DNA of 64,000 bases from Tubiluchus corallicola (taxonomy: Eukaryota; Animalia; Priapulida), in NCBI GenBank assembly GCA_030141605.1, contig JAQGDQ010002373.1:281921-345920 (forward strand), given 5' to 3'. Numbering within the stretch: the stretch's first letter is position 1; every line of letters starts with the position of its first letter. Below the pieces are notes generated by a model, which was not told where the DNA came from, ran no database searches, and saw only the letters and a list, made by a program, of their open reading frames with translations. Positions 60,004 to 64,000 of the stretch are shown here, piece after piece. A program made the position numbers and the translations under genes.

Positions 60004-63000
60004 TATGTCCATACATTCATTTGTCTTTGGCAGTTATTGCATTAATATAATAATTAAAGATCCGTTACTATTCGTTTTTAGTTTGTGAATTGTTTAATAC
60101 TAACACATATCTTATCAAAAAGTCATAGTAGGTTTACTGATCAAATGACCTTGGCAGGTTAAAAGAGGGTGTTTTTGAAATTTTTAAAATACAGTATTAT
60201 TGGCTAGCAGTGCTCTAATTTGTTTGAAAGATGTGTTAGTAGGAAGGAAGATTTGCAATTTAAATAATTAGAGTTCATGCCTAACAAGCTACCGCAACAT
60301 CAGAAGCTTACGATACCAGTTTGCATCAGTAGCACAGAAATTAATGTAATTTGTTTGTATTAAATCAGTAACTTGCTATTTTTTACAATGGTAAGTTTAT
60401 TAAAAATGCTCGTTTTAATTTTTAACAGATCTTTGGCATCATGTTTTATCATAATACAAAGTAACAGAAACTCATTATTTACAAATTGAATAGTTTTCGG
60501 ATAGAATGTTTGTAGGCACACGACACTGATTTTCCCACATTTTCTTACATTGATGATATTTGCGTCGTCAAAATTCTAGTGCAACTGCAAGTGTCCAATT
60601 ATTTCACTATCATAAATGTTTGGCAAAACACGAAAATTTAGCATTGCATTGCATTGTTGTTTGTAAATTTGGTTGATATCAGCGTGTACAAATGTTGAAA
60701 AAATCCAGTCTGAATTGAATTGTTTTGATGTGCATAGTGTGAAACAGTAATTCAAAGATATAATCTGCAAATAAAGTTTTTAAACAAAAAAATTACTTTG
60801 ACAGCTTTTTTGGTTATTCACCAAAAATTACAATATATGGCAATGCTGACTATTTTTTCTTACCCAGTATACCCATTGATGTATTACAGTAATCTACATA
60901 GCAATGCTGATATTATACTTGAGGTGAAACATTTTACAAATTTGGACATGCCTAATATACTATTTTCACGCTTCATAAAATTATATCAACCTTCCGCCTT
61001 GTTTCCTCTTAACACTTTCACTACGTAGTTGCTTTTAACTGGGCCGCATTGGCTTTTGTACTTCTTGTGGTGTGTTACTAAAACAGAATCTTGTAAATAA
61101 ATAAATAGCCATTTGTTATTAAACATTAATTCTGAATACTAGTTTTATTTATACGCATGGGTACACATATATGCCCTCATGCATGCACTCACGCGCACAC
61201 CCACACAAATAAGCACATATTTAAATTTAGAAGCCAATTTACACAAAAGTTCATATTAGTAATCCATAATACGCAATTATTTTATCAGTATGCAGAACAA
61301 GTGACTGTCATGAAATTTTGCATGAAAACGTTCTACACAGTATTTGGAATGCACCTGGCTTCAGATGCTGATTGGCTAGTTAGCCTTACTTGTTGCGACG
61401 CAACCACAATCTCTCGGCTGTTAAACTTTTCTACAATGTTTTTGCATAGCCGTAGCTGCGAAATCATGGGTAACTGCGCTTAGTGCTGACCTAGGGCGGC
61501 ACTCTGCCGCCTTCCGTCCTTTACAAGGAAAACATAGGCGGCACTGTGCCGTCTTCAGTAGTGAAAGAGACCCTATTTTTGAATATTTTCTGCAGTTTTG
61601 TGTGTAGAAGGGAATGAATCCGTACTAACTATATACTCATATCATTTGACAGTATGCTCAACAGAAACTTAATAACAAAAATAAATGACAATGAAAGTGG
61701 CGATGACAATGATAATGATGAATGCAATTACTGTATTGTATTCTTAATTGATGTACACTCCATCTTTTTACTGTTGTCTGTCAAAGCATTATTGATAATA
61801 ACAACGATTAAAAAGATGACGGTGACTACGATCAAGATGATAACTGCAGTGTTTATGCTGATCACAGCTGTTCAACGTGCAATTTTCATTTCCCATGCTT
61901 TGCAGAGCCTAATTATTATTTCTCAACATTGTAGATCCAGAAAAGTGAATCAACAAAGGCTAATTAAACACAAAAACACAGCAGGTAAAATCTATAAAAG
62001 TGCACACATTTTATTTTATAGACAACAGGCATTTTAATGCATAATAAACAAGTTGGCGATAAACAATTTGTGTCTGTGTGCTCTGACAGTTATTTTAATA
62101 CAAGACAGTGGTAATCACTAATCAACAGATTTTAAAGATACAGTAACAAGTGTTTAACACTAAATGAAGATATCATTTACAATTTTAGTATTTAGAAATC
62201 ATAATATTCTATGTTTTGATGAAGCCGCCTATCAAACAGTTGACAATGATATGGTTTTTATAAAGCACTAATATCACTAAATAACTGGAACGAATTTCTG
62301 AGTAAAATTTGCTTAATCTGAAAATGAAAATCAGCACAATCCATTTCCAATGCTAAATTTCTCCTCTTCAATGCTACAATTCCATAACGCCCTTAACAAA
62401 GTTTTTGTCAGTTATTGTTAAATTACAGACGTTTCTTCAAAATTTTAATCAAATTTTTTTAGCCACGATTTGGTTTTACAGAATAAAATGCAATATTTTG
62501 GTGACAAGTTCTGATAAAGAAGACAGATTACTCCCCAATCTTACTTTTGGACTTGAGCATTTGATAAACATATCATTATTAAAGTTAATGACACAGTAAC
62601 GAACTGCATTAATAACATCTTAGTTTGTCCGTGGGGGTCTTAGCATCACTGAAAAGAACAAGACATTGAACTAAATCACGGCTAAAATATAATGCTAATG
62701 AACAATAAACTAAATAAAAATCACAACACAAAACTATGCAATTACCCGATTTGTATACAGTTTTGGCATAATTTTTTACAGGAATACTTTACCGGTGCGG
62801 CCTTCCTTTATTTACCAATAAATTACGTACAAACAGATTCACCAAAATAACAATATAGTAAACATGTAACCGTCTCAATCACTTTTAGCTAGATAACGTA
62901 ATGTCACGATTGTCTACGATCTAGCGGTACTGTAAATCAAGTTAGCTAAATAAGGTATTTACATAAAATTTGCCCTAACTTAGATGGTGCTAAGTCCACT

Positions 63001-63443
63001 ATGATATAAATGCTATCTTGATAAACTAGCTATCTATAAAATTACAGTTTAATGAAATGGAAAATATATTAGATTGGTAACAACAAACCTACCTACTCTG
63101 TAATCATGTTCTTTGTACATTTTAGTTATAATTTACAGCATATTCACGTTTCATTTTAGACGTTTATACAAAATTTTAGACCCTCTTTAATTTAAATACT
63201 TCAGACACAAAAGGGTCAGGCAATGTTTCGAATCTTACAAAATAAAATATTCAGACCATAATAAAATGCCAATTTCAAAAAAAAATGCCCAAGAAAAACA
63301 AATGCACAATATTATAATCAACATAATTATTAGTTCTCGTTATATTATCTCACAATAATAATAATAACAACAACAACAAATAACAACATTATTATTATTA
63401 ATTACTATTCACAATTTCTGTACAAAACGTACTAAAGCCAAAG

Positions 63444-64000
63444 CTACAAGTGGTCCACTACAAACTGTGATAACTGATCCTGCATCGCAAGCGACGAATT
63501 GTCATATGCAGGTGGTACTCCTAGTTGCTCACTAGGGTTTTGTTGTGATTGAGGAAGAGGCACCGTTTCACCACCTATTTGTTGCTCCGCACCCATCAAA
63601 CCCGGATGAGGAGAATGTGTCGGTAAATGAGGTGACTGAGAGAGTTGTTGCCGTGGAGATGGTGTCATCATTGGTCGCTGGCGAGGTGATGCCACAGGGG
63701 GCGTGTGATTAGGAGGTGGCGAGCAAACTTGGTGCATCAGCTGCTGTGATGAAGGGCTTGGATGTGGCGGCTGTCCATGCGCTAATAAATGGGGATTTAC
63801 CGCTCGCTGATGCATCTGTCGCCCTCCTTGTGGATACGGAGGTGCTGGAGGCTGGTGAAATTGATGGGAAGCTGGCACTCTTTGACGGGGCATATTCATC
63901 ATCATATGCTGCTGTTGCTGCTGTTTTAACCACTGCTGATGTGCAAGTTGTTGCTGATTTTGTGCATCCAAAGTAGAACTACCTCGGAGATTTAACATTT
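63444..64000 (-). CDS. CREBBP: 3' end of CREB-binding protein / p300 (nejire) last exon, partial
   Basis: Q/P-rich tail containing SPHLPTHSPHPGL and ending QDQLSQFVVDHL*, which matches the CBP/p300 C-terminal pattern (SPHPGL ... D.L.KFVE.L). It runs off the window edge. Confidence 0.8.
   Translation of the reverse strand, partial: MLNLRGSSTLDAQNQQQLAHQQWLKQQQQQHMMMNMPRQRVPASHQFHQPPAPPYPQGGRQMHQRAVNPHLLAHGQPPHPSPSSQQLMHQVCSPPPNHTPPVASPRQRPMMTPSPRQQLSQSPHLPTHSPHPGLMGAEQQIGGETVPLPQSQQNPSEQLGVPPAYDNSSLAMQDQLSQFVVDHL

Noticed and set aside
63709-63976. Alternative-frame and antisense ORFs in the CBP tail
   Set aside because: By-products of the CAG/CCA-rich coding sequence.

Overview
AT-rich, intron-rich invertebrate animal genomic DNA; the species cannot be determined from the sequence. 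I reconstructed exon chains by hand from GT-AG junctions and reading phase. Genes found: (1) FBXW7/archipelago (+, 4404-31593, 15 coding exons, about 807 aa), whose longest predicted isoform starts with a ComEA/EEPD1-type tandem helix-hairpin-helix DNA-binding domain, with additional candidate alternative first exons in its 11-kb intron; (2) PSMD1/Rpn2 (-), with a 3-kb intron-free CDS and one 5'UTR intron; (3) an unrecognised 3-exon, 271-aa gene (+, 47959-49910) with a signal anchor and a pattern resembling long-chain four-helix cytokines, preceded by STAT, kappaB and GATA motifs; (4) PRPS1/2 (+, 7 exons, 318 aa); (5) the 3' end of CBP/p300 (-). There is also a candidate spliced 47-aa microprotein at the left edge, a clean hAT Buster/Charlie MITE with an 8-bp TSD, a solo-LTR-like element carrying a heat-shock element, pogo-like MITE relics, foldbacks and microsatellites. 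All family assignments come from motif recognition and recall; no database searches were run.
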